Assembly (NCBI GenBank): GCA_965116025.1
Contig: OZ220480.1
Coordinates: 416,001 to 480,000 of the forward strand
Length of the DNA stretch: 64,000 nt
From: an uncultured candidatus Porisulfidus sp.
Lineage (GTDB): Bacteria; Pseudomonadota; Gammaproteobacteria; Poriferisulfidales; Poriferisulfidaceae
Reading direction: 5' to 3'
Both the position numbers and the translations under genes were made by a program. The notes beneath the pieces were generated by a model. It was not told the DNA's origin, made no database searches, and saw only the letters and a program-made list of their open reading frames with translations. Position 1 is the stretch's first letter. Every line of letters starts with the position of its first letter. Positions 9,068 through 18,761 of the stretch are shown one piece after another.

Positions 9068-10822
9068 GTGACCGCCGCTCTCACCGCTGACTTGGCCCAG
9101 GCCTGGCGCGCCCTTCACCAGCAGGGACTATTGCCAGCCGCGAATCCAGACCGCATCGAGGTCACGCCGACCAAGGATCCGCGCCACGGCGACCACGCCT
9201 GCAACCTGGCTCTGATCTTGGCGCGAGAAGCGAACGTCGACGCCCGGGAACTGGCTGAGAGGATCGCCGCGCGTCTCCCGGAGAACCCGGACGTGCAGGC
9301 CGTGGAGGTGGCTGGCCCAGGATTCCTCAACTTTCGGCTGCGGCCGGAAGCCAAGGCCGGGGTGGTGGACCGCGTCCTGGAGCGAGGCGCGAATTACGGC
9401 GCCCGCCCTCCCGGCAGCGAGCAGCGCGTCCTGATCGAGTACGTCTCCGCCAACCCGACCGGCCCTCTGCACGTCGGGCATGGCCGCGGAGCGGCGCTCG
9501 GCTCCTGCCTCGCCCGGATCCTCAGAGCGGCCGGCCACTCGGTCGAGAGCGAATATTTCATCAATGACGCCGGACGGCAGATCGACATCCTGGCGCTTTC
9601 CGTCTGGTTGCGCTATCTGGAACTGTGCGGCGAGCCGGTCGTCTTCCCCGAGGCGGGCTACCGGGGAGACTATATTCTGGACATCGCGGCCGACCGCCAT
9701 CGCGAGCGAGGCGAGGAGTGGCGCGCCTCTTTCGAGAACATCCAGGCGGGCGCGCCGGACGATGGCCCGGACGAGGACGGACGCGACGCGAGCTTGGACT
9801 TCCTGATCCTGCGGGCGCGGGATTTCCTGAGCGATTCGGCGTGGACCGAGCTCGCCTCGACCGCGACCGATACCCTGATCGAGCGCATCCGCCGCGATCT
9901 GGACCACTTCGGCGCGAGCTTCGACCAATGGCGGTCCGAGCGCGCGTTGCTGGACAGCGGCGCGGTCGAGCGGACGATCCGCCAGCTACGGGAGGCCGGC
10001 CACCTGTACGAGATGGAAAGCGCCCTGTGGTTCCGCTCGAGCGAGTTCGGCGACGAGAAGGACCGGGTCGTCCAGAGAAGCGATGGGCGATGGACCTACT
10101 TCGCGACCGACATCGCATACCACGCCGACAAGATGGCGCGTGGCTACGGCACCGTCATCAATATCTGGGGAGCCGATCACCACGGCTACGCCGCGCGGAT
10201 CCGCGCCGCCATCCAGGCGCTGGGGATCGACCCGGATCGGCTGGAAGTCCTGCTGGTCCAGTTCGCCAGCCTCCGTCGGGGCGAGCGGAAAATCTCGATG
10301 TCCACGCGCGAGGGAGAGTTCGTGCCCCTAGAGTCGTTGCGGCGCGAAATCGGACGAGACGCGGCGCGGTTCTTCTACGTCATGCGCAAGTCGGGGCAAC
10401 ATCTCGATTTCGACTTGCGGCTCGCCGCCGAGCGAAGCGCGGACAACCCGGTCTACTACGCGCAGTACGCGCACGCGCGAATCTGCAGCATCCTCAAGCG
10501 GGCGGAAGACGAGGATATCGACGTGCCCGACGCGCCTTGCGACCTTTCGCCCCTGACCGAGGCGGGCGAGCGCGCTCTGCAAAAACGTCTGTCACGCTAC
10601 CCGGACCTGATCCTGCGCTCGGCCCGGGAGCGCGAGCCCCACCATCTGACCGTCTATCTGCGCGAGCTGGCGCAGGAGTTTCACTCGTACTACAACGCCA
10701 TCGTGGTGCTCGCGGACGAGGCCCCGGTCCGTCGGGCCCGGCTTCGGCTGGTCTTGGCGGTGCGCCAGACGCTCGCCAACGGACTGAGCCTGTTGGGCGT
10801 CGACGCTCCCGAGAGCATGTGA
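9068..10822 (+). CDS. argS: Arginine--tRNA ligase
   Basis: IEYVSANPTGPLHVGHGRGA (HIGH), WGADHHGY, MSTREG, NPVYYAQYAHARICSI, C-terminal APESM. Confidence 0.97.
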   Translation: MTAALTADLAQAWRALHQQGLLPAANPDRIEVTPTKDPRHGDHACNLALILAREANVDARELAERIAARLPENPDVQAVEVAGPGFLNFRLRPEAKAGVVDRVLERGANYGARPPGSEQRVLIEYVSANPTGPLHVGHGRGAALGSCLARILRAAGHSVESEYFINDAGRQIDILALSVWLRYLELCGEPVVFPEAGYRGDYILDIAADRHRERGEEWRASFENIQAGAPDDGPDEDGRDASLDFLILRARDFLSDSAWTELASTATDTLIERIRRDLDHFGASFDQWRSERALLDSGAVERTIRQLREAGHLYEMESALWFRSSEFGDEKDRVVQRSDGRWTYFATDIAYHADKMARGYGTVINIWGADHHGYAARIRAAIQALGIDPDRLEVLLVQFASLRRGERKISMSTREGEFVPLESLRREIGRDAARFFYVMRKSGQHLDFDLRLAAERSADNPVYYAQYAHARICSILKRAEDEDIDVPDAPCDLSPLTEAGERALQKRLSRYPDLILRSAREREPHHLTVYLRELAQEFHSYYNAIVVLADEAPVRRARLRLVLAVRQTLANGLSLLGVDAPESM

Positions 10823-11424
10823 TGGCGACTCCCAAAACCCGAGCGACGGCTCCAAAACGCCACGCCGCGTCCCCCAAGCGCGGGGCGGCGACCAAGCGGC
10901 GACGCGAGACCCGCAAGCCCCTGCCCCCGTGGCTCCTGCTCGGCGTCGGCCTGTTCCTCGGCGTCATCTGCGCGCCGCTGGCGCTCAACGTGGCGAAGAA
11001 GGTGGACTGGGCCGGTCTCTGGAGCAAGGCGTCGGCTCCCGTAACGGCCATCGCGCCAGAGCTTCCGAGCGTCCCGCGATTCGACTTTTACACCATCCTT
11101 CCGAACCAAGAGGTCGTGGTGCCGGACCCGGCGCCCCCGGCCGAGCGAAAAGCGAAGCCGGACGAGAAGAAGGCCCCGGCCGCGCCCCAGGGCGTCTACT
11201 ACCTTCAGGCGGGCTCTTTCCGAAAGATCGACGAGGCCAACGGCAGAAGGGCCCAAGTCATCCTGCTCGGAACCGAGGCGTCCATCCAATCCGTCACCAT
11301 CGACCGCGACACCTGGCACCGGGTCCGGATCGGGCCCTACGGAGACCTGGAGCGGCTACGCGAGGCGCGGCGGCGGTTGCGCGAGAACAACATCGATACC
11401 TTGCTGATCCGCGCCCACCGGTAG
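10822..11424 (+). CDS. SPOR-domain cell division protein (FtsN-like)
   Basis: Basic N-terminus, TM helix, FDFYTILP, SPOR motif YYLQAGSF...WHRVRIGPY; usual position after argS. Confidence 0.88.
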   Translation: MATPKTRATAPKRHAASPKRGAATKRRRETRKPLPPWLLLGVGLFLGVICAPLALNVAKKVDWAGLWSKASAPVTAIAPELPSVPRFDFYTILPNQEVVVPDPAPPAERKAKPDEKKAPAAPQGVYYLQAGSFRKIDEANGRRAQVILLGTEASIQSVTIDRDTWHRVRIGPYGDLERLREARRRLRENNIDTLLIRAHR

Positions 11425-11429
11425 CGCCG

Positions 11430-11648
11430 TCACCGCGTCCGGATCTCCCCCTCGACCACCACGCGCAACGGTTCGGCCGGAGGCGAGCTCCCATAATCCG
11501 TCACGTCTTCCAGCGCGCAACGCAGCCGGAGAGGTCCTCCCTTCCCGTCCTCTAATAGCGCCAGATGACGGATGATCGCCTCGTCCGCCCGCACTCCAAA
11601 TGTTTTCAGTAGCATTCGAACGTCTTTCCTGCTCTCTTCGGCCATCAT
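11430..11648 (-). CDS. Small hypothetical protein
   Basis: 72-aa ORF with AGAGG RBS and protein-like composition (RMLLKTFGVRADEAI...LEDVTDYG...VVEGEI); function unknown. Confidence 0.55.
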   Translation of the reverse strand: MMAEESRKDVRMLLKTFGVRADEAIIRHLALLEDGKGGPLRLRCALEDVTDYGSSPPAEPLRVVVEGEIRTR

Positions 11649-11819
11649 CGCCTCTCTCGGGATGCCCCGGATATCGTTATCGAGAAGCCCATTGTAGGCG
11701 CGTCTCGGAAACGCGGAAGCTCATCCTCCGCGAAGCGGGATCCAGGCTGTCGGGAATTCCATGGATAAGGCCGAGCGCTCCTCGGGCTCACGCCGCCGTG
11801 GAACCACCGTCGGGCGGGA

Positions 11820-11895
11820 TGGTGGGCCATCAGGGACTCGAACCCCGAACCTGCTGATTAAGAGTCAGTTGCTCTACCAATTGAGCTAATGGCCC
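11820..11895 (-). tRNA. tRNA-Lys (CTT)
   Basis: Reverse complement GGGCCATTAGCTCAATTGGTAGAGC...CT-CTT-AA...GGTTCGAGTCCC...GGCCCACCA. Confidence 0.96.
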
Positions 11896-11904
11896 ATCCT
11901 GGGA

Positions 11905-11981
11905 TGGGGTGAGCGACGGGACTTGAACCCGCGACCTCAGGAGCCACAATCCTGTGCTCTACCAACTGAGCTACGCTCACC
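11905..11981 (-). tRNA. tRNA-His (GTG)
   Basis: Reverse complement GGTGAGCGTAGCTCAGTTGGTAGAGC...TT-GTG-GC...GGTTCAAGTCCC...CTCACCCCA (includes G-1). Confidence 0.96.
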
Positions 11982-11991
11982 ATCGACCGGC

Positions 11992-12068
11992 TGGCGCGCC
12001 CGGCAGGACTCGAACCTGCGACCCTCGGTTTAGAAGACCGATGCTCTCGTCCACTGAGCTACGGGCGC
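11992..12068 (-). tRNA. tRNA-Arg (TCT)
   Basis: Reverse complement GCGCCCGTAGCTCAGTGG...CT-TCT-AA...GGTTCGAGTCC...GGCGCGCCA. Confidence 0.95.
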
Positions 12069-12101
12069 GATTCCCAAACGACCTCCGCGGGTTCCGACGA
12101 C

Positions 12102-12178
12102 TGGTCGGGGCAGCGGGATTTGAACCCACGACCCCCTGCTCCCAAAGCAGGTGCGCTACCAGGCTGCGCCATGCCCCG
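12102..12178 (-). tRNA. tRNA-Pro (TGG)
   Basis: Reverse complement CGGGGCATGGCGCAGCCTGGTAGCGC...TT-TGG-GA...GGTTCAAATCCC...CCCCGACCA. Confidence 0.96.
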
Positions 12179-12192
12179 CCGCGCGCAGTGTA

Positions 12193-12384
12193 TCAGATGC
12201 CCGGCGCGGCGTGGGAATTCTCTTCCGACGACCCGCGAGTCCCACGTCCTCGACGGAACGCTCCGTCAGGCCGAATGACCCGTTTCTGGCGGACCGGAGC
12301 GAAAGCCCGGCTCACGCTTTCCGGAAGCGCCAGCCGTATGTAGCGGACAACATGATCGCTCTCCAGCAAGTCGTCTCTTTTCAT
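12193..12384 (-). pseudogene. Probable truncated partner gene of 12381-12797
   Basis: ATG overlaps the upstream stop (ATGA); the first about 16 codons (MKRDDLLESDHVVRYI) look protein-like, then the sequence degenerates into GC-rich intergenic-like DNA. Confidence 0.35.
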
Positions 12385-12797
12385 TCGTAGAGTAGCGCGC
12401 TCAGATCGAAAGCGTCAATCTGTCGCGATACGCCGTCGAAAGAATCACGACCGACGACGCGGGAAATTCGCCGCTTGGCCCCGCGCCGCTTGAAGATCAC
12501 GTATTGCGCCATTCCATCGCCAAGGAACTGCACCCCGAGGTGTGACCCATGCCCATCCTTCCAAACCGCGCGGAGGTTGCCGTTATCCATCAGCAGAAGG
12601 CCGCCCTTTCGAAAGCGAGGTGTTAACTTGATAAAGGCCCAGAAGTCGGCCTCCGACTCCGAATTCAGACGATATCCGTCATCCCTCGCGTAGGCTTTCA
12701 ATTCATCAATTCTAGAGGCATAGGCCCGCGCCCGAAGCGACGCGCGCGTTAGACCATCGAGATCGAATGCGAAACTTGGGACATTGCTATCGGTCAT
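12381..12797 (-). CDS. Hypothetical protein (accessory)
   Basis: 138-aa ORF, lower GC than the backbone, motif LLLMDNGNLRAVWK...LGVQFLG...YVIFKRR. Confidence 0.7.
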   Translation of the reverse strand: MTDSNVPSFAFDLDGLTRASLRARAYASRIDELKAYARDDGYRLNSESEADFWAFIKLTPRFRKGGLLLMDNGNLRAVWKDGHGSHLGVQFLGDGMAQYVIFKRRGAKRRISRVVGRDSFDGVSRQIDAFDLSALLYE

Positions 12798-13092
12798 CTT
12801 GGCGGGTCAAGCGAGAGATGATGTGGGGAGTGATCCTCTATTCGCTCCCGGATGGCCTAATGCTTGCCATCAAGAGCGGAGCGCCGTAAAACGGAAACCG
12901 GGCGCGCCAAACTGGCCCGCGAGACCACTCCCCTCGCGCTTTTAGCGACCCCATAAAGACGCGCCCGCCGCCGCACGGCGTTGATAGGCGACGGGCACTA
13001 GCCGGGCCTCGCGCGACACGATATAAGCGCGGCGGCCCGGATTCTTTCATTATCTCATCTCCACCCCAATCGCCAGCGCGTCCGCCGCATCA

Positions 13093-13262
13093 TATATGGT
13101 TCGTCCCCTCCCTGCAAGCCGGAAGCTGAAGCGACGGTCGACTGGCCACGCGCATATACCCGGTCTCTCGGTAGAAGGGCCACCGCCTTCCGGGCCCCGA
13201 TGGGTTCCACACGCTCCGGCCTTATCATTCAAATGGCCTTGAAGGCCTGTGTGCAATCAGGC
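13093..13262 (-). mobile_element. Orphan right end and non-coding (bridge/seek RNA-like) region of an IS110-family, IS1111-group element; no transposase attached
   Basis: - strand ends ...CTTGCAGGGAGGGGACGAACCATATA|TG. Its IR (GGGACGAACCAT) matches the reverse complement of the left IR at 62911 at 11/12 nt; internal hairpin GGCCTT-C-AAGGCC and motifs CCCATC and TATATG. Confidence 0.6.
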
Positions 13263-13399
13263 GGTTCGCGTTTTAAATGGCGTTCGCATGGCTTTCATAT
13301 CTCCATTTGCTGGACTCCCTCGGTAGAGTCGGCGTGACCGGGACCTCCCTTCTTTGCAGATAGATCAGATATCGGAGTCATCGAAACCCTGGACGCGTG

Positions 13400-13426
13400 G
13401 GAACAAACAGGCGACAATGCTGTCCA
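13400..13426 (+). promoter_or_regulatory. Possible ECF-sigma promoter upstream of the DUF2282 gene
   Basis: GGAAC-N17-GTCCA about 45 nt upstream of ATG 13473; pattern match only. Confidence 0.3.
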
Positions 13427-13472
13427 TAGTCCCTGCGGCTATCGCCCCCCTTTATCTCACCCTGAGGCTAAC

Positions 13473-13757
13473 ATGAAAAAATCTCCTTCTCTGGCATCCA
13501 GCCTGATCGCGCTGGCCCTGGGCTCCGGCCTCGCCTCCACCTCCGCGCTGGCGGTTCCCGACGCTCCCAAGAACTGGGAGAAATGCGCTGGCGTCTCCAA
13601 GGCGGGCATGAACGATTGCGGCGCGACGGATGGCGCGCACGGTTGCGCTGGAGCTGCTCCGGAAGACGGCATGGAAACGGAATGGATCTACGTCCCGGAA
13701 GGCACCTGCGAGAAAATCGTGGGCGGGTCGGTGTACGCGACCAAACCCGCGAAGTAA
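13473..13757 (+). CDS. DUF2282 / BufA1-type bufferin precursor (signal peptide, 4 Cys)
   Basis: Sec signal ending ALA, then [15 protein letters not shown]...HGCAG...[16 protein letters not shown], the DUF2282 signature. Confidence 0.9.
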   Translation: MKKSPSLASSLIALALGSGLASTSALAVPDAPKNWEKCAGVSKAGMNDCGATDGAHGCAGAAPEDGMETEWIYVPEGTCEKIVGGSVYATKPAK

Positions 13758-13767
13758 GTCTCGCTTG

Positions 13768-14607
13768 ATGCCACCGGGCGCGAATCGGACGACCTCGCTC
13801 GCGGGAATGGGGGTCGGCTTGCGCGGCCCCCATGTCCCGGATATCTTGCGGCAAAGTCCCGCTGTTCCTTGGTTCGAGCTGCTGACCGACAATCACTTGC
13901 GCGACGGGGGCGCGCTCCGGTTCCAAGCCGAGGCGGTCGCGGAACGATACCCCGTGGCTCTGCACGGCGTCAACCTGTCACTCGGCGGCATCGACCCGCT
14001 GGATCATGAATATCTGGGTCAGGTCCGGGACCTCGCCCACCGCGTCGATGCCCGCCACGTCTCCGAGCATCTGGCCTTCGCAGCCTGCCAAGGCATCCAC
14101 AGCCACGACCTGCTGCCATTGCCATGGACGGAAGAAGCGCTGGGACATGTGGCGGACCGGATTTCGAACGCCCAGGATTTCCTCGGCCAAACCATCTTGG
14201 TCGAGAACATCTCCACCTATCTGGAGTACCAGCATTCCACTATGACCGAAGCCGACTTCTTGCGAGAGCTTTGCGCGCGAACCGACTGCGGGCTGCTTCT
14301 GGATATCAATAACGTCTACGTCAACTCAGTCAACCACGACCATGACCCGCGAGACCTGTTGGACTCCATTCCCTGGGCCCGGGTCCGCGAGGTTCATTTG
14401 GCGGGCCACGAGGAGCGCGACGGGCTCCTGGTCGATACGCATGGAGGACCCGTCAGCGATGACGTGCTGAATCTGTTTCTGGACGTGGCCCCCAAAATCC
14501 CGGAGGTTCCCGCGCTGTTCGAATGGGACACTTCTCTGCCCGCATGGCCCGTCGTCTGGCAGGAAGCCCAACGGCTTGACGAGGCCTTCCGGGCCGCGCG
14601 CGCGTGA
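13768..14607 (+). CDS. DUF692 multinuclear non-heme iron oxidase (MNIO, BufB-like)
   Basis: GVGLRGPH, WFELLTDN, HGVNLSLGG, VSEHL, DLLPLP, LVENIS, LLLDINNVYVN, EVHLAGH, VDTHG, FEWD. Confidence 0.93.
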   Translation: MPPGANRTTSLAGMGVGLRGPHVPDILRQSPAVPWFELLTDNHLRDGGALRFQAEAVAERYPVALHGVNLSLGGIDPLDHEYLGQVRDLAHRVDARHVSEHLAFAACQGIHSHDLLPLPWTEEALGHVADRISNAQDFLGQTILVENISTYLEYQHSTMTEADFLRELCARTDCGLLLDINNVYVNSVNHDHDPRDLLDSIPWARVREVHLAGHEERDGLLVDTHGGPVSDDVLNLFLDVAPKIPEVPALFEWDTSLPAWPVVWQEAQRLDEAFRAARA

Positions 14608-15380
14608 ATCTCGCGGACCTCCAGGCCAAAATGCTGGAGGCGGTCACCGGAGCGGCGCGTTCGGATCCTAAGCTCGCCTCCCTGATTCCGCCAGCCCGCG
14701 GAATCGCCCCAGAGACGAGGCTGAACGTCTACCGCGCCAATATCCGGGAAGCGCACCTGAAAGCGCTCGACGATGCCTATCCGGTCACCCGGAAGGTCTT
14801 GGGTCCCCGCTATTGGCGGCAGCTGCTGGCGCGGGAAATCCCGGCGTTCGGGTCCCGATCTCCCGATCTGCATGACTACGGGGGCTTCCTGCCAGAATTA
14901 CTTGACCAAGCACAGAAGCGCCGGGAAGAATTGGCCGACTTCGACTATTTGGGCGAGCTCGCGCGGCTCGAGTGGCTGGTGCGCATGGCGGGATTCCAAG
15001 CCCCCGATCCGGATTTCGACTGGACCGCCTTTCGATCACTGGGAAAGGACCGCCAAGCGCGAGTCCGGTTCGTCTTGAGCGACGCGCTACGCTGGACTCG
15101 ATTCTCCCAGCCCGTCGACGCGCTGTGGCATTCGCACCAAGAAAACGGACAAGACCTTCCCCCGCAAGCCCCGGTCGCCTGCTGCGTCTGCCGGAAACAA
15201 CGCTTCGATGTCACGGTCCGCCGGCTATCCGAGCGCGAATGGACGCTTCTGGAAGCCATCGGCGAAGGCCGATGCCTGGAAGAAATTCCCCACAGTGCTT
15301 CCGAGACCACCGCGAGAACCCTGCTCGACTGGATTCGACGAGGATGGATCAGCGGCTTTCAGGAAGAGCCGCCCGGCTAA
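14604..15380 (+). CDS. DUF2063 / BufC-HvfC-type MNIO partner protein
   Basis: LADLQ...RLNVYRAN...L...YPVT...G...YGGFLP...[10 protein letters not shown]; GTGA overlap with DUF692. Confidence 0.88.
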   Translation: MNLADLQAKMLEAVTGAARSDPKLASLIPPARGIAPETRLNVYRANIREAHLKALDDAYPVTRKVLGPRYWRQLLAREIPAFGSRSPDLHDYGGFLPELLDQAQKRREELADFDYLGELARLEWLVRMAGFQAPDPDFDWTAFRSLGKDRQARVRFVLSDALRWTRFSQPVDALWHSHQENGQDLPPQAPVACCVCRKQRFDVTVRRLSEREWTLLEAIGEGRCLEEIPHSASETTARTLLDWIRRGWISGFQEEPPG

Positions 15381-16570
15381 CTCTCAATCAGGCGCACCTT
15401 CGCCACGCGGCGGCGGCCGACCTGTAGCACGAAAGAATGATTGAGGGCAATCTCCCGCTTCAGGTCCTCAACTTTCTCACCATCCACTCGAACAGCGCCA
15501 GCCTCGATCATCCGGCGCGCCTCCGAGGTCGAGGAGCACAGCCCAACTTTTTGGAGGACGTTCGGTAGCGGCAACGTTTCCTTCGCTGGCAACGTGACTT
15601 CCTCCATATTCTCGGGGAGCTGGTGATCACGGAAGCGCGACGTGAAATCCGCTTGGGCCCGTTCCACGGCCTCCTCGCCGTGGAATCGGCCAACCAGCTC
15701 CCGCGCCAATTCCATTTTGGCATCGCGGGGATTGGCTCCAGCCTCCACTCGCTGGCGCAAACCCTCCAGCTCCGACTCCGGGCGCAGGCTCAGCAAATCG
15801 AAATACCGCCACATCATCGGATCCGACAGCGACATGAGCTTGCCGAACATCTGCTCGGGAGCCTCTTGGATCCCGATGGCGTTATCGTAGGATTTCGACA
15901 TTTTGCGCACGCCGTCCAGCCCCTCCAGGAGCGGTAAAGTCATCACGATCTGCGGAAGCATCCCGCGCCGCTTCTGCAACTCCCGCCCCACCAGAAGATT
16001 GAACGTTTGGTCCGTCCCGCCCAACTCCACGTCCACCTCCAGCACGACCGAGTCGTAGCCCTGGATCAGGGGGTACAGAAGCTCATGGATCGAGATAGGC
16101 TGGTTCTCGCTATAGCGCTTGGAGAAATCGTCCCGTTCCAGCATGCGCGCGACCGTGTGTTCCGAGGCTAACCGCACTAGGTCGTCTGGAGTCATTTGGT
16201 CCATCCACTCCGAATTGAACCGCACCTCGGTCTTTTCCCGATCCAAGATCTTGAACGCCTGATCCAGATAGGTTCGCTGGTTGGCCCGCAACTCTTCCGA
16301 TGTCAGAATTGGGCGGGTAGCATTGCGCCCGGACGGGTCCCCAATTCGGCCGGTGAAATCCCCGACCAGAAAGATCACATGATGTCCCAAATCCTGAAAC
16401 TGTCGCATTTTATGCATCAGGACCGTGTGGCCGAGATGCAGGTCGGGCGCCGTCGGGTCGAAGCCCACCTTGACTCTCAGCGGTCGCCCGCTATCCAAAC
16501 GTTCGAACAAGTCTTCCTTGTGGAAAACTTGTTCAGTTCCGCGAAGGATATCTGGGGGTTGGGCGTTCAC
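15377..16570 (-). CDS. tyrS: Tyrosine--tRNA ligase
   Basis: [33 protein letters not shown]-terminal S4 domain. Confidence 0.97.
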   Translation of the reverse strand: MNAQPPDILRGTEQVFHKEDLFERLDSGRPLRVKVGFDPTAPDLHLGHTVLMHKMRQFQDLGHHVIFLVGDFTGRIGDPSGRNATRPILTSEELRANQRTYLDQAFKILDREKTEVRFNSEWMDQMTPDDLVRLASEHTVARMLERDDFSKRYSENQPISIHELLYPLIQGYDSVVLEVDVELGGTDQTFNLLVGRELQKRRGMLPQIVMTLPLLEGLDGVRKMSKSYDNAIGIQEAPEQMFGKLMSLSDPMMWRYFDLLSLRPESELEGLRQRVEAGANPRDAKMELARELVGRFHGEEAVERAQADFTSRFRDHQLPENMEEVTLPAKETLPLPNVLQKVGLCSSTSEARRMIEAGAVRVDGEKVEDLKREIALNHSFVLQVGRRRVAKVRLIES

Positions 16571-16702
16571 AAGTGTAGGAGAACAGGTGGATAACTGCTG
16601 AGGACACCGCTACCCAAGAAGCCATCCGTGGAAAGACTGGATTTTCCTGAAAAAATCCTTAAGCAAGCAGTATTGGGAATAAACGGAGAAGGCTTAGAAA
16701 GC

Positions 16703-16734
16703 GAAGCCCCCGGACACGACGACACGAGGGCTTC
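16703..16734 (-). terminator. Possible intrinsic terminator downstream of the RTX genes
   Basis: GAAGCCC...GGGCTTC stem followed by GCTTTCT on the - strand. Confidence 0.35.
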
Positions 16735-16849
16735 TGGCGTGGACAGCATCTAACATGATTCTCATGGATCCACGGACTCCGCGGCGAAGCGAGGCGGAAT
16801 GCCATCCATGAATGATCGCCGCCTGATCACGCGCCTGGCCTGCCGCCTA

Positions 16850-18022
16850 TCAGCCCATAAAGTCGAAGTCAGACTCCGTCAGATCTGAAACGTCGAAATT
16901 CTCAAGCGTGATCGTCCAGTCCGGATTAGGGTCTCTCACGTTCGGACCCGCCGCCGCCTCGCCAGGCTTCGGCTGGTAATACTCTTGAATGATCGTGTGC
17001 TTGCCGTCTTGACGGATATCCAAATCATCCTTCGAGTCGATCCCATCCATCACGATTTGGATTTTGTCATTGCCGGACTTCTTGAAGTCTAGGATGTCAT
17101 CGTGTCCGACCAGCTCTGTAAGGGTGTAAACAAAAGTGTCATCGCCACTTCCGCCAACCATATCGTCATCGCCCTTGCCGCCTTCTATAGTGTCATCGCC
17201 CGCGCCACCGTTTATAAGATCGATGCCGTCCCCCCCGCGCAACGTGTCGTCGCCCGCGCCGCCAGCGATCCCGTCGTCGCCCGCGCCGCCGTCCATAATG
17301 TCGTCGCCATCATTACCGGACATAGTGTCATCGCCGGCGCCACCGTCCATAGTGTCGTCGCCCTTGCCGCCATGTATCTCGTCATCGCCATCGCCTCCCT
17401 TCAGCGTGTCGTCGCCGCCCCCGCCGTATATAGTGTCAACGCCTTTGCCGCCGTCAATCGTGTCGTTTCCTTCGGCGCCATTTTGGCTTTCGCCTTCGGG
17501 AGTCAGCTTCGGGTTGGAGCCGTCCGCGAGCGTGTCGCCGTACAGCTCGTCGTTGCCATCGCCTCCCTTGATCGTGTCATCGCCCGACCCTCCGCGTATC
17601 GTGTCCACGCCCTCGCCGCCAGTGATCACGTCATTTCCTTCATCGCCGTTCATCGTGTTCCCGTCACCGCCACCGGTCATCGTGTCCACACCCTCGCCGC
17701 CGGCCATCGTGTTATAGCCAGCGCCACCTTCCATCGTGTCGTTGCCCGCTCCACCTTCCATATAGTCGTCGCCATCGCCACCGCGCAACGTGTCGTTGCC
17801 ATCACCGCCGAATAGGTCATCGTCACCCGCGCCGCCGAACAGACGATCGTTGCCCCCTTCCCCATATAGCGAGTCATTGCCCAAGAACCCGTATATCCAG
17901 TCGTTTTGATCGTCTTTCCCCTTCAGATTCCCAGCACCAGAACGATAGTTATCGGGGTCACCTGGACCGTAATAGTCTTCAAAATCGGACTCGGGGGTAC
18001 CTTCAGTTTTTTCTCTAGCCAT
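16850..18022 (-). CDS. RTX/hemolysin-type Ca2+-binding repeat protein (putative T1SS substrate)
   Basis: More than 20 GGxGxDxL/I/M nonapeptides; acidic; no Sec signal; C-terminus ...DILDF...[22 protein letters not shown]. Confidence 0.9.
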   Translation of the reverse strand: MAREKTEGTPESDFEDYYGPGDPDNYRSGAGNLKGKDDQNDWIYGFLGNDSLYGEGGNDRLFGGAGDDDLFGGDGNDTLRGGDGDDYMEGGAGNDTMEGGAGYNTMAGGEGVDTMTGGGDGNTMNGDEGNDVITGGEGVDTIRGGSGDDTIKGGDGNDELYGDTLADGSNPKLTPEGESQNGAEGNDTIDGGKGVDTIYGGGGDDTLKGGDGDDEIHGGKGDDTMDGGAGDDTMSGNDGDDIMDGGAGDDGIAGGAGDDTLRGGDGIDLINGGAGDDTIEGGKGDDDMVGGSGDDTFVYTLTELVGHDDILDFKKSGNDKIQIVMDGIDSKDDLDIRQDGKHTIIQEYYQPKPGEAAAGPNVRDPNPDWTITLENFDVSDLTESDFDFMG

Positions 18023-18071
18023 TTTGTTCTTCAGTAGCGTTGTTGTTATCAGACAGGGCGAAGTCAGCGCC

Positions 18072-18761
18072 TCACCCCATGAAGTCGAAATCGGAATCGG
18101 TCAAGTCCGAAACATCTACTATCCAGAGCTCGATGCTCCAGTCACCGTCGGGCCCGGTGATTATCGCGCCGCCTGTTCTGCTCTGCTCGATGGTCAAGTC
18201 CTCGAACGTCAAGCCCATTTCTTCCGCGAACACGATCATGTCCTCGCCGTCTTGGAAGTCCTTGATTATGTCGTCACCTTTATGGCCTGCGAAAGTGAAG
18301 CTATCAGCGCCCTCGTCGCCGGACATCCGATCATCGCCCTGGCCGCCGTGCAGAACGTCATCGCCCTTGCCGCCGCCCAACCGATCATCGCCCTGGCCAC
18401 CGAGCAACGTGTCATCGCCGTCGTGGCCTTCCATCATGTCATCGCCCCGGCCGCCTTTCATCCAATCGTCGCCATCATTGCCGAACAGAAAGTCATCGCC
18501 CCGGCCGCCTTTCATCTTGTCGTCGCCGGCGCCGCCGTGCAACATGTCGTCACCCTTACCGCCTTTCAGAACGTCATCGCCCCCGCGCCCCCCTAGCCGG
18601 TCGTCGCCGTCACCGCCGAACATCTTGTCGTCGCCATCGCCGCGGCCGACAAAGTCATTGCCTGCGGTACCAACGTAATCGTAGTCCGCGTTGTAATCCT
18701 GCCACCATTTAAGGAAAGAATCGTCCGTAAGGATCGGGTGTCCTGTTTTCCAGCTGCTCAT
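18072..18761 (-). CDS. Second RTX/hemolysin-type Ca2+-binding repeat protein
   Basis: ATG 18761 after AAGGAG; about 12 GGxGDDxL nonapeptides; C-terminus ...[22 protein letters not shown] paralogous to the neighbouring gene. Confidence 0.88.
   Translation of the reverse strand: MSSWKTGHPILTDDSFLKWWQDYNADYDYVGTAGNDFVGRGDGDDKMFGGDGDDRLGGRGGDDVLKGGKGDDMLHGGAGDDKMKGGRGDDFLFGNDGDDWMKGGRGDDMMEGHDGDDTLLGGQGDDRLGGGKGDDVLHGGQGDDRMSGDEGADSFTFAGHKGDDIIKDFQDGEDMIVFAEEMGLTFEDLTIEQSRTGGAIITGPDGDWSIELWIVDVSDLTDSDFDFMG

Noticed and set aside
11650-12200. tRNA-anchored integrative element or prophage att site (also checked tRNA-Phe at 1861-1936)
   Set aside because: No integrase and no duplicated tRNA 3' end noticed within the window (visual check only).
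17100-18650. 27/54-bp periodic repeats that might suggest a CRISPR or other array
   Set aside because: Degenerate, in-frame codon repeats of RTX nonapeptides; no constant repeat with unique spacers and no cas genes.
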